A stretch of DNA of 64,000 nucleotides, taken from contig BOKR01000001.1 of NCBI GenBank assembly GCA_016861085.1, positions 579,271 through 643,270 on the forward strand, in the 5' to 3' direction. Position numbers and translations under genes: made by a program. Shown piece by piece: positions 1-8,961 of the stretch (positions are counted from its first letter, which is position 1; the number at the start of each line of letters is the position of its first letter). Origin of the DNA: Patescibacteria group bacterium (GTDB lineage Bacteria > Patescibacteriota > Microgenomatia > UBA1400 > PJMF01). The notes below the pieces were generated by a model, which saw only the letters and a list, made by a program, of their open reading frames with translations, had not been told where the DNA came from and made no database searches.

Positions 1-104
1 GCCGATAAGTTTTGGAATGAGGTAAGAAATAGGTACTCTCATATTGATATGGTTGGAGTAAAGTCCAAGTAGCACAGTAAGCCTAATAGCTATATACTAA
101 AGCA

Positions 105-1799
105 ATGTCCGTTTTCGTTGAAATTAGCATACTGCTGGCACTCACAACTGTTATTACGATTTTCGTGAGACTAATTAAACAGCCTCTTGTGGTGGGATAT
201 ATTATCTCAGGGATAATTGCAGGTCCAAGTTTTCTCAATGTCTTGCATTCCACCCATGAGCTAGAGCTTTTTTCTAGAGTAGGAATCGTGTTTCTGCTTT
301 TTATTGTTGGGCTACATCTTAACCCAAAAGTTATCAAAGAAGTTGGCAGTGTTTCACTTACCACGGGTATCGGGCAGGTTGTTTTTACCTCGATTGTTGG
401 GTTTGTAATTTCTAAAATACTTGGAATGAGTACAATAGCAGCCATATATGTCGCCATTGCCCTTACATTTAGTAGCACTATTATTATCTTAAAGCTATTA
501 TCAGATAAAAGAGATCTTCAAAAGCTATATGCAAAAATTGCTATTGGTTTTTTACTTGTCCAAGATATTGTAGCAACGATAATTTTGATTGGAGTTACTA
601 TTTTTTCGCAAGAAAGCTCACTCTCACTTTCCCAAACTATTTTCTTTACCGTTCTAAAAGGCTTAGGAATATTTGTAGCATTACTACTCTTTAGCAAGCT
701 TCTTCTTACGAAGATGATTAACTATGTGGCTCAGTCTGCTGAACTCCTCTTTTTATTTGCGGTTTCGCTTGGAATAGGCTTAGCCTCACTGTTTGCTTTA
801 GCAGGTTTTTCGGTTGAAATAGGTGCACTTATTGCCGGCGTTTTACTTTCAACAACAGCATATGCGGATGAAGTAGCCTCTCGTATGAAGCCATTAAGAG
901 ATTTCTTCATTGTCATTTTTTTCATTTTACTCGGCTCACAACTGGTCATTAGTAACCTGTCAACTTTACTCCTGCCCGCATTCGTTCTCTCTGTGTTTGT
1001 TCTCATTGGAAACCCAGTAATAGTAGTTCTGATCATGAACTTACTTGGATATAACCGCAGAACTGGTTTTATGGCTGGTTTAACTGTCGCACAAATCAGT
1101 GAGTTTTCTTTAATACTAGCAAGTCTTGGTCTCAGGGTTGGACACCTCTCTGAAGAAACCATGTCATTAATAACGATTGTTGGTCTAATAACCATTGCTG
1201 GATCAACATATCTCATTCTCTATTCTGATAAGATCTTCCCATATATGAAGCGAGTTCTGCAAGCCCTAGAGCTTGTTAAAAAGAAAAAAACTGATACTGG
1301 CAGTGTCGAAGAAGATTACTCAGCTGTCATTTTTGGATATGACAGGGTCGGCAACAACTTTGCTTCAGTATTTCAAAAATATAATGATTCATTTGTAGTC
1401 ATAGACTTTAATCCAGAATCAATACAAAAATTGCGGGAACAAAATATTCCCTGTTACTATGGAGATGCCAACGATATTGAGTTTTTAGAAGAACTACCAC
1501 TTAGAAAACCAGAAATCGCAATCTCGACTATTCCTGATTTTGCTACTAATAAGCTTATACTTTCACATCTTTTAACTCGAAATAAAAAAGTCCAGTTTAT
1601 ACCTACTGCTCACTCAGTTGTTGAAGCAAAAGAATTGTATGAGCTTGGAGCTGCTTATGTTGTCATGCCACATCACTTAGGAGCTGAACATGCTGCAAGA
1701 ATGCTTAACAAGTCAAAGTCAAACCCGGACCTATACAAAGAGGAAAAAGAAAAGCATCTTAAGAACCTTGAATTAAAATACGGTTTGATTTTAGAGTAG
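105..1799 (+). CDS. Monovalent cation:proton antiporter (CPA2/Kef-type) with C-terminal RCK/TrkA-N domain
   Basis: About 12 TM helices in the N-terminal half. Na+/H+-exchanger-like segments. C-terminal Rossmann segment 'VIFGYDRVGNNFASVF' typical of TrkA-N/RCK. Confidence 0.7.
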   Translation: MSVFVEISILLALTTVITIFVRLIKQPLVVGYIISGIIAGPSFLNVLHSTHELELFSRVGIVFLLFIVGLHLNPKVIKEVGSVSLTTGIGQVVFTSIVGFVISKILGMSTIAAIYVAIALTFSSTIIILKLLSDKRDLQKLYAKIAIGFLLVQDIVATIILIGVTIFSQESSLSLSQTIFFTVLKGLGIFVALLLFSKLLLTKMINYVAQSAELLFLFAVSLGIGLASLFALAGFSVEIGALIAGVLLSTTAYADEVASRMKPLRDFFIVIFFILLGSQLVISNLSTLLLPAFVLSVFVLIGNPVIVVLIMNLLGYNRRTGFMAGLTVAQISEFSLILASLGLRVGHLSEETMSLITIVGLITIAGSTYLILYSDKIFPYMKRVLQALELVKKKKTDTGSVEEDYSAVIFGYDRVGNNFASVFQKYNDSFVVIDFNPESIQKLREQNIPCYYGDANDIEFLEELPLRKPEIAISTIPDFATNKLILSHLLTRNKKVQFIPTAHSVVEAKELYELGAAYVVMPHHLGAEHAARMLNKSKSNPDLYKEEKEKHLKNLELKYGLILE

Positions 1800-2759
1800 A
1801 TCTCTTTTGTTAAAAACAGCCAATAGGCTAAACGAAATTATCAACGTCACAGCAATTATGAATAAAAAGGCAAGTGGATGAGTTTGGAACGGTAACCCAA
1901 CATTCATTCCAAAAAAACTTGAAACCATCGTTGGAATAGTCAGGATAACGGTGACAGAAGTTAGTAATTTCATTGTTTTGTTTAAATTATTTGACAAAAC
2001 ACTATAATGTGACTCTCTTAGATTATAAATTCCTTTTTGGTTTACTTTACACAGCAAAATAAGCTGTTCATTATCAACTAAAAGTTCTTCAATTAAGTCT
2101 TCGTCTTCTTCGTACAACTTGATAAACTTTCCGTTAGCAAACTTTTTTAAAGCTATACCCATTGGTTCTAGGCCAAACAAGAAATCATTAAATAATGTTT
2201 CGAATTTTACAATGGTCATGATTTCTTTATTATCTATTTGATCCAGATCGGAACTGATGTTACGAATATTTCTATTGATTGCATTAACCAATCTCTGATA
2301 ATCTTTTTGCATTTCCATAAATAACAAAATAAGCAACTTTGTTTTTTGAGTAGTGTAAAACTCTACTTTTTCTTGTAAAAACGTATCTATAAATGGGAGT
2401 GCCTTGATCGAGATTGTCATCAAAAAGTCTGCCGATACAACGAGTAACACTGGCGATGTCACGATTTTATCTCCGTTTTTATGTGCAAAACGAGCGAAAA
2501 TATATGTCACGTTCTCTTCTTTTTCAATTCTAGGAACTTCGTAAGAATCAAGTGCGTCAAGTAAGATGTCTGATTCGAGATTCAGTTTTTCAGCCAGCAG
2601 TAAAAGCTCTTGTTCTGTTGGGTTTTCTACAGAAATCCATGAGCCAACCTTGTAATCTTCAAGGAGCTGCAATTTAGTATGCTTGCGATTTTTGTATAAG
2701 TACTGAATCATACTGGTATTATAGTATTTATTGCCCAGTAAAGCTACAACTTCAATCAC
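1791..2759 (-). CDS. corA: Magnesium/cobalt transporter CorA
   Basis: C-terminal two TM helices carrying the signature 'FFGMNVGLPF' (GMN motif). Soluble N-terminal domain. Length 322 aa. Confidence 0.8.
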   Translation of the reverse strand: MIEVVALLGNKYYNTSMIQYLYKNRKHTKLQLLEDYKVGSWISVENPTEQELLLLAEKLNLESDILLDALDSYEVPRIEKEENVTYIFARFAHKNGDKIVTSPVLLVVSADFLMTISIKALPFIDTFLQEKVEFYTTQKTKLLILLFMEMQKDYQRLVNAINRNIRNISSDLDQIDNKEIMTIVKFETLFNDFLFGLEPMGIALKKFANGKFIKLYEEDEDLIEELLVDNEQLILLCKVNQKGIYNLRESHYSVLSNNLNKTMKLLTSVTVILTIPTMVSSFFGMNVGLPFQTHPLAFLFIIAVTLIISFSLLAVFNKRDLL

Positions 2760-4023
2760 TATCGCGTAATTGATACAATCTGTCTCCTAAAAACCCAGTA
2801 ACTTCTGGAAAAATTAACTCTTCTTTTGGAGGAATTGCGGCCGGATGAATAGTGAATAGACCATACTTTCTATTCAAGTCATCTAAAGCTTTTTGTACTA
2901 CTTCTTGCTTCTGCCACTGCGGAAGTAGCTGCTCTTGAATCTGATTTTCTAGTAAAGAGAGTCGTATAGCAAATTTAATTACCGGGAACTTCTTGGTCCA
3001 TCTGGTATAGAGTTGTTGTATCCATAACAGCAACTCTGACGAATGGTTAATTGGTATTTGTAGCGTTTCATGTGTATCCCAATATTCATTTCTTCCATAC
3101 AAGCCCAACCACACTTGTCGACCAGCTAAGTTCATATTTCTTACTTTATCGATAACCTCTAAACAAAGATTCTTTAAAATGTTTGTAATCTCAGCATCAT
3201 CTTCATGTAAACGATATCCAGTGATAGACCTCCCCACACTTTTCATATGAGGTAATTCTCTATCAAGCTGATTTAAAAGGTGTGTTTCTTTCCCATACGC
3301 AATTTTTAGTAGTTCTTTTGCCCAAAAAGGACCAACTACAATTGCCAACTCCTCCTGAGGAATAAATCTGATCTGATAAGGATACTGAACGTGAAACCGG
3401 GCCAACTTTTTAGCAAGTCTATACCCAACCCCACAGACATCTTTAAATTCTGTAGTTGCCAGTAAAGCATCTTTATTTTCTTCTGTCACCTCTAGTACAG
3501 CGCCTTTTGGTGCAACCTCACTTGCCATTTTGGCTAATAACCTATTTTCAGCAATACCAACATTGCAAGTTACCCAACTACCCAATTCTTTTTTTATCAG
3601 GTTTTGGATTTCTTTTCCTAATTTTTTAGCATCAGGATATAAGTTCTTCCTGCAGTCAGAAATGTCAATAAAAGCTTCATCAAGAGAATAAATATATATT
3701 GAGGGGGCTATGGTTTTAAAAACTTTTTGTAATCGCTTGGTAGCATCTAAACACCGTTCAAAAGAAGCAGGAATGCACAGTAACTGGGGACAAAGTACTA
3801 CCCCTTCACTTCTTCTCATTCCAGTACTAATCCCAAACTGCTTTGCCTCCTTACTTGTGGCAATTAAACAAGTTCTTCCTCTCCCCTTTGTGACTCCAAG
3901 TGGTCTATTTTGAAGCAAAGGATTTTCTTGCTGCAAAACGGTAGCAAAATAGGAGTTTATATCAACATGCAAAATAGTTTTATTCAACCCAAACCTCCAA
4001 GATATACCATTTCTCTGACTCAC
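2752..4023 (-). CDS. dinB: Y-family DNA polymerase IV (DinB/UmuC family)
   Basis: N-terminal 'ILHVDINSYFATV' resembles the DinB 'ILHVDMDCFFAAVE' catalytic motif. Length about 420 aa with a little-finger-like C-terminus. The true start may lie slightly downstream. Confidence 0.7.
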   Translation of the reverse strand: MSQRNGISWRFGLNKTILHVDINSYFATVLQQENPLLQNRPLGVTKGRGRTCLIATSKEAKQFGISTGMRRSEGVVLCPQLLCIPASFERCLDATKRLQKVFKTIAPSIYIYSLDEAFIDISDCRKNLYPDAKKLGKEIQNLIKKELGSWVTCNVGIAENRLLAKMASEVAPKGAVLEVTEENKDALLATTEFKDVCGVGYRLAKKLARFHVQYPYQIRFIPQEELAIVVGPFWAKELLKIAYGKETHLLNQLDRELPHMKSVGRSITGYRLHEDDAEITNILKNLCLEVIDKVRNMNLAGRQVWLGLYGRNEYWDTHETLQIPINHSSELLLWIQQLYTRWTKKFPVIKFAIRLSLLENQIQEQLLPQWQKQEVVQKALDDLNRKYGLFTIHPAAIPPKEELIFPEVTGFLGDRLYQLRDSD

Positions 4024-4277
4024 GGTTAAACTCTAATCTATACACATTAGCACCAGAAACGACACTATACAAACGTTTTTTTACACCACCATCACGAACA
4101 TCACTGTACAGCGTGATCTCTTTAATTGGAAATATTTTTTCTTTCCACTTAAATTTTTTGGGAACAAAGTGCGAGCGAGCGTAAACACCTAATACAGAGA
4201 TAGTTTCGTTAATTGTTTGGTACATATACACATAATACAATAAAGAAACCCGAAACTGTCAATAGCTGTTATACTTC

Positions 4278-4853
4278 TTATCTACTAAGTATTTCATCTA
4301 ATAATTCAGGAAATTTTTCAGACTTTAGATCGTCAATGCAAAAATGACCAAACCCATGAAACTCTTTGAATTCTGCATCAGGAATTTTATTCTTCAATAT
4401 CTGGATTGTTTTTAGAACACTATTCTCATCATCATCTGAATACCAAATAGTAATCCCCATGGTTCTTTTAATTAGCTCAGAATCGATTTCAAAGTCATCA
4501 AAGAAGTCTACCGTTTTTTCATTATCGGGATCTAACCAAGGTGCAATTAGGATTACTCTATCAACCTTCAGCTCTGGATTAATACTGAGATATTTAACAA
4601 AGAAGCCGGCACCAGTACTATGACCAATCAATATGGTTTCTGGAGTAACATCATATCTTTCAATTTCTGTGTTCCATACTGCCCAATTTCTATCATACGA
4701 TTTTGGTACTTCAGGTGTTGCTGTTGGAATATCATTTTTGAGTAGTTGTGCTTGTAACCAAGGAATCCAATGAGCATTACTCATACTCGGCATATTAGGA
4801 TCATAGTATTCCTGCTTACTTGGGCCCCCATGTAAAATGATTGCGTTTTTCAT
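4278..4853 (-). CDS. Alpha/beta-fold serine hydrolase, YdeN/RBBP9-like
   Basis: 'ILHGGPS' N-terminus and nucleophile elbow 'GHSTGA'. Size about 190 aa, typical of the PF06821 family. Confidence 0.5.
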   Translation of the reverse strand: MKNAIILHGGPSKQEYYDPNMPSMSNAHWIPWLQAQLLKNDIPTATPEVPKSYDRNWAVWNTEIERYDVTPETILIGHSTGAGFFVKYLSINPELKVDRVILIAPWLDPDNEKTVDFFDDFEIDSELIKRTMGITIWYSDDDENSVLKTIQILKNKIPDAEFKEFHGFGHFCIDDLKSEKFPELLDEILSR

Positions 4854-4854
4854 A

Positions 4855-5655
4855 TTATTTTAGTAGTTTTACTGAATAATCAATAATGTTTTTGGCACCA
4901 GCTAGAATTTGATGATTCGTTTCTGGGGAGAATTCGTTATCACCAATGTCCTCACCTTTATGATTCACAGTTATTCCTCCAGCTCCTTTTATCAATGAGT
5001 AAATTGCACCAATTTCTTCAGGTCTCATACAAACACCACCTAAACCAGATGCAATATTTGATAAAACATACGACAAATTCCCAACAGTAGAACCAATATT
5101 TCGAATAAAAAGTTGCTGTGCTAAAGGCCTGTAGAGTTCATATCCCTCTTTATAGTAAAGGTCTAAAAATAAAGGAGTTGACTTACTTGCTTCCCAATCC
5201 GATTTTAAAACTACTCGCTCACCACTGTCATTATATGTCTTACCATTTGAGTAAAACCAAATAAGGTCTTGTGAGTATTCTATTGCACCAGCAGCCACAA
5301 CATCTTTTAACTTTGGATTAGTACCTTTATAAACGGCAATTAGTAGCCCATATGGGTAGATATTCTTACCAATTTTATAGTTTGTACTACCATCTAAAGG
5401 ATCAAAAGAAATTAAGTATTTTGGATTCTTATGAAATGTAATTTCACCAATCTCTTCAGAAAAAATATTTGCTGGAATATCGTGTTTTTTAATATACTCA
5501 ACTAAGGCATCCTCCATCTTAGCATCCATTGCAATGGTTTTATCGCCTTTTGCATTCGTTGTCCCAATATTTTCAGAAAGAATTGGGTTCACAGCAATAA
5601 TTTTTTTTCCTATGTTGATCATGTTTTTTACGTGCTCTAGTAATGAAATCTGCAT
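4855..5655 (-). CDS. Inositol monophosphatase / FBPase-family phosphatase
   Basis: Signature 'DPLDGSTNY' (IMPase DPxDGT motif) and later 'GAG' metal-binding region. 266 aa. Confidence 0.6.
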   Translation of the reverse strand: MQISLLEHVKNMINIGKKIIAVNPILSENIGTTNAKGDKTIAMDAKMEDALVEYIKKHDIPANIFSEEIGEITFHKNPKYLISFDPLDGSTNYKIGKNIYPYGLLIAVYKGTNPKLKDVVAAGAIEYSQDLIWFYSNGKTYNDSGERVVLKSDWEASKSTPLFLDLYYKEGYELYRPLAQQLFIRNIGSTVGNLSYVLSNIASGLGGVCMRPEEIGAIYSLIKGAGGITVNHKGEDIGDNEFSPETNHQILAGAKNIIDYSVKLLK

Positions 5656-5666
5656 ATGGTTAAATC

Positions 5667-6059
5667 CTATTTCACAATCTCTACTTCAACAACATCTGAC
5701 ATTTTTGCATCTGCCAACTCAAACAAAATCCCAGTTCTTGAATCTGATTGATTTATCACTGCATGAGGAAGGTAGGGTGGAACTTCTATTAAAAAAATTT
5801 GCCCATTTGGATTCATATGTACTCTAGACTCTTTTCCATTTCCATCTAACCATATAAATTCCAAATCTCCTATCCCTACAAACCATTCTGTCCTTGGATG
5901 CTTATGATTGCCTCCAAAACTTTTTGGTGAGAAGTGCACAATCTGTTGATCTTTTATTAAATTTTTATCAACAGGAATATCATTGGTGTTTAAAACCCAC
6001 AAATCAGTGTCATTTCTTTTATATGAAAAGTTAAGTTTAGTTAGTTTTGGTTTTTGCAT
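5667..6059 (-). CDS. Cupin-domain protein
   Basis: Cupin motif 1 'GGNHKHPRTEWFVGIG' (HxH...E) and motif 2 'PPYLPHAVIN' (P..H...N). Confidence 0.5.
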   Translation of the reverse strand: MQKPKLTKLNFSYKRNDTDLWVLNTNDIPVDKNLIKDQQIVHFSPKSFGGNHKHPRTEWFVGIGDLEFIWLDGNGKESRVHMNPNGQIFLIEVPPYLPHAVINQSDSRTGILFELADAKMSDVVEVEIVK

Positions 6060-6366
6060 CTAATTTATTCTCTAGCTCATCCATGTTTTGATTAAAAGCT
6101 TGGGCTAAATCAATATCAAATTTGTCTGCCAAAACTATAATAGACCACAAACAATCAGCTAATTCATGCTTGAGTTTTTCATCAACATTTTCAATTTGTC
6201 TTATTCCATTCTTTGCTTGCAGCAGTTTTGATAAATCACCAACGTCACCAACAAATCCACTCATTAGTTCCTGAACATTCCATTCTCTTCCATACTTTTC
6301 TTTTTCCAATTGAGAATATTTTTCTCTAACTTCTAGTGCTTTTTGAATTATTTGTTGAAATGTCAT
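6037..6366 (-). CDS. MazG-like nucleoside triphosphate pyrophosphohydrolase (small all-alpha NTP-PPase)
   Basis: About 109 aa. Helical 'ExxE...ELADxL' pattern ('KHELADCLWSIIVLA') characteristic of the MazG/NTP-PPase domain. Confidence 0.55.
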   Translation of the reverse strand: MTFQQIIQKALEVREKYSQLEKEKYGREWNVQELMSGFVGDVGDLSKLLQAKNGIRQIENVDEKLKHELADCLWSIIVLADKFDIDLAQAFNQNMDELENKLDAKTKTN

Positions 6367-6529
6367 ATAAAGAAAGTATAACAGGCAAAAACCTATTTTA
6401 GATTAGAATTTTCAGGTGTACTATAGTGAGATGCTTGTTTGATCCCGTACGCGGACGCTATTCGAACTTATTCTGTAAATTCTAATCTTCTTATAGCAAA
6501 ATTTGATTATTTAATTTCACGGAAAATCA

Positions 6530-7177
6530 TTATGCGAACCTTTTTCTGTCCTTAAAAATCTTTTCTGCTTTTTTAGTTGCAAGAAAACCAACTACGCCTT
6601 CAGAAGAATTAAATTTTTTTTCAGATTGCACTACCAACTCACCTTTTTCTTCTTCATAGCCAATGTAGTGCTGTCTAACAACTCTAACAATAAACCCATT
6701 TTTAACAGGCTCAATTTCTAAGTAATCATCATATTCTGTATAATGGCCAGACTCACCAACACCGTCACAGGAAGACCAATCATGTCTTCGGGAAGATTCA
6801 GAATCATAGAATAAAGTAACCTTTAACTTTCTATCAATTCCGGACCAGTCTGACTCAAACTCATCAATAGTGGCCTGTCTACTGACCCACTCTGTTCTTT
6901 TACTCCAAATGCTTATCTTTTTTAATTCTGAGATACTTGGATCTATATAAAGATATATCGCTTCAAATATTTCAGGATACTTTCTTCTAAATTCTGTAAC
7001 CATCTTTTTTATTTGAGCTTTCTCTCTTGCTTTTTCTTTTTCAATTCGCTTTTCTTCAGCTATTCTTTTATGCCTTTCTCCATGTTCAACCTGTTGTTGT
7101 CTCAATTGTTCCTGTTTTTCAATATTCTCAAGTCTTCTTAGCTCTTGCTCGAACCTATTTCCAAGTAATCTTTTCAT
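6530..7177 (-). CDS. Hypothetical protein, N-terminal charged coiled-coil plus uncharacterised C-terminal domain
   Basis: KE/R-rich heptad-like N-terminus with no recognisable catalytic motif. Strong SD 'AGGAG' 5 nt upstream of the ATG and a TTGACA -35 box. Lies between tRNA-Gln and a degenerate copy of its 3' end. Confidence 0.4.
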   Translation of the reverse strand: MKRLLGNRFEQELRRLENIEKQEQLRQQQVEHGERHKRIAEEKRIEKEKAREKAQIKKMVTEFRRKYPEIFEAIYLYIDPSISELKKISIWSKRTEWVSRQATIDEFESDWSGIDRKLKVTLFYDSESSRRHDWSSCDGVGESGHYTEYDDYLEIEPVKNGFIVRVVRQHYIGYEEEKGELVVQSEKKFNSSEGVVGFLATKKAEKIFKDRKRFA

Positions 7178-7310
7178 CCATGCTCCTATAAAAATATATT
7201 ATTGATATATCATAACATGTATTTAGCTGTCAAATAGCTGGCAGTTGTAAATAATACAACTTGGAGAAAGTGAGTTTGAGTCAAAAATATAATTTAAATT
7301 AGAATCATTG

Positions 7311-7381
7311 ATCCCGAACTAGGATTCGAACCTAGGATAACAGAGCCAGAATCTGTTGTGATGCCGCTTCACTATTCGGGA
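7311..7381 (-). tRNA. tRNA-Gln (anticodon CUG)
   Basis: Cloverleaf folded by hand. Acceptor UCCCGAA/UUCGGGA (U1-A72 as in E. coli tRNA-Gln), D-stem GUGA/UCAC, anticodon stem ACAGA/UCUGU with loop UUCUGGC (CUG), T-arm CUAGG-UUCGAAU-CCUAG, discriminator U. No encoded CCA. Confidence 0.85.
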
Positions 7382-7474
7382 ATGCAAGGCATGTGTGATT
7401 ATAAATCAAAAGCCTAGAATTGTTAAGCCATGTAAGGTAATTGTAAGAAACAGTATGCTAAAATAGCACAATTT

Positions 7475-8143
7475 ATGAAACATATTCTAATAGTAGAAAA
7501 TGACAAATCCCTTGCACAAACCCTTGCCCAGCATCTAGAACACAAAAAATATTTTTGCACTATTTGTGATTCTATACAGCAGTCAATACATGAACTGGAA
7601 AATTTTTCTTATGATCTGGTACTTTTAGATCGTATTCTGACAGATGGTGACGGCATTGAAGTTGCAGAATTCATTTCTGATTTTTCATATCAAACAAAAG
7701 TCCTCATATTATCAGAATTATCACAGGTTTCGCAACGAATTACTGGCTTAGAAAAAGGTGCTGATGACTATTTAGCCAAACCATTTTCACTTGCTGAACT
7801 AACATTAAAAATTGATAAGATGTTGAACACACAAAAAATCAAAAGCCGTGAAGAACTTACCATAGGTAAAATCAAAATCATTCCAGATTCTGGAGAGCTT
7901 ATCATTAACAACAAAACTAGACAAATCAGAAAAAAAGAAATCCAACTTCTTGCCTGTTTGGTTAGGCATAAAAATCAAGTAGTTAGTAGGGAAAAGATCA
8001 TTGATATTGTTTGGTCTAACACTTATGATTTACCAACTCAATCTACACTAGATGTATATGTGAGAAGATTGAGAATTTCCTTAGGAAAGTACAAGGATTG
8101 TATTAAGACTGTAAGAGGTTTTGGTTATATGGCTCTGGAATAG
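7475..8143 (+). CDS. Two-component response regulator, OmpR/PhoB family (receiver + winged-helix)
   Basis: Receiver with phospho-acceptor Asp in 'LVLLDRIL' and 'DDYLAKPF'. C-terminal winged-helix 'TVRGFGY'. Confidence 0.8.
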   Translation: MKHILIVENDKSLAQTLAQHLEHKKYFCTICDSIQQSIHELENFSYDLVLLDRILTDGDGIEVAEFISDFSYQTKVLILSELSQVSQRITGLEKGADDYLAKPFSLAELTLKIDKMLNTQKIKSREELTIGKIKIIPDSGELIINNKTRQIRKKEIQLLACLVRHKNQVVSREKIIDIVWSNTYDLPTQSTLDVYVRRLRISLGKYKDCIKTVRGFGYMALE

Positions 8144-8864
8144 GAATTGCCACCTGTACATGTGTCCCAACTCCATAACCACTAATAATCTTCATCACCC
8201 CCTTAAACTCATTTTCTATCGTTTGCTTCACAAAAGATAATCCCAACCCCAAACCATTCTCTTTGTAACTAATGCCTTTTACCAAAGCCAATTTTTGACC
8301 AAGGTGGGTCATGCCCTTTGCAAAATCAACCACACCAAGAAAAACTTGTCCTTTAATAATCCGAGCCGATACACTAATGTGTACCATACTTTTATCTTGA
8401 TAAGCCTCATAGGCATTATTTAGTAAGCAAATGATTATTTCCTGGAAATACAGTTTGTTTCCATACAATTTAATTTTTTTTGGAAGAAAATTTGAATAAT
8501 AAACAGAACAGCTTGTCTTCCCTTTAAATAAAAAAATAACTTCATTAATTGCCCTGTTAACCTCAAATTCTTGCTCTTCTTCATCAGGTCTTGTGACTGC
8601 AGCTATAAGTTCTGTTAAATGCGTAACTGCCTCTTTAGCCGTAGATACTATGTTACGTTTCCTTTCAACATTTAGATCACTGTTGAGACTATCCAGACTA
8701 CATGACAAAATGGTTAACGGCGTTGCGCATGCATGCCTAAATATTAAGTTATTTCTTAATCTCAGTTCATTTGTGTGGTTTTTGGTGAAAAATAATTCAT
8801 TGACCCGTATTACAGAGTCTGTAATTGAAAGCCGATTACAAAACGCAATGATTTTTTCCAGCAT
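8103..8864 (-). CDS. Cytoplasmic histidine kinase (HisKA + HATPase_c only, no sensor/TM)
   Basis: H-box 'RHACATPLTIL', N-box 'LLNNAYEA', G-boxes 'GLGLGLSFVK'. Overlaps the convergent response-regulator gene by 41 nt. Confidence 0.65.
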   Translation of the reverse strand: MLEKIIAFCNRLSITDSVIRVNELFFTKNHTNELRLRNNLIFRHACATPLTILSCSLDSLNSDLNVERKRNIVSTAKEAVTHLTELIAAVTRPDEEEQEFEVNRAINEVIFLFKGKTSCSVYYSNFLPKKIKLYGNKLYFQEIIICLLNNAYEAYQDKSMVHISVSARIIKGQVFLGVVDFAKGMTHLGQKLALVKGISYKENGLGLGLSFVKQTIENEFKGVMKIISGYGVGTHVQVAIPIPEPYNQNLLQS

Positions 8865-8961
8865 ATTCCTTATCTATCTATCCTGGACCATCGGCGGTAT
8901 TTTACATATCGAATATGTATCTGTAAATGGGTAAAATTAAAGGAATTCTGATAGAACAATG

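Noticed and set aside
83-478. 131-aa minus-strand ORF at the window start
   Set aside because: It is antisense to the TM region of the cation:proton antiporter gene and has no independent features.
6410-6480. Possible second tRNA gene (T-loop GTTCGAAT and CGGGATCA acceptor-like end)
   Set aside because: The T-stem and acceptor stem cannot be paired and no D or anticodon arm could be built. It was interpreted instead as a degenerate duplicate of the tRNA-Gln 3' end (reported as a finding).
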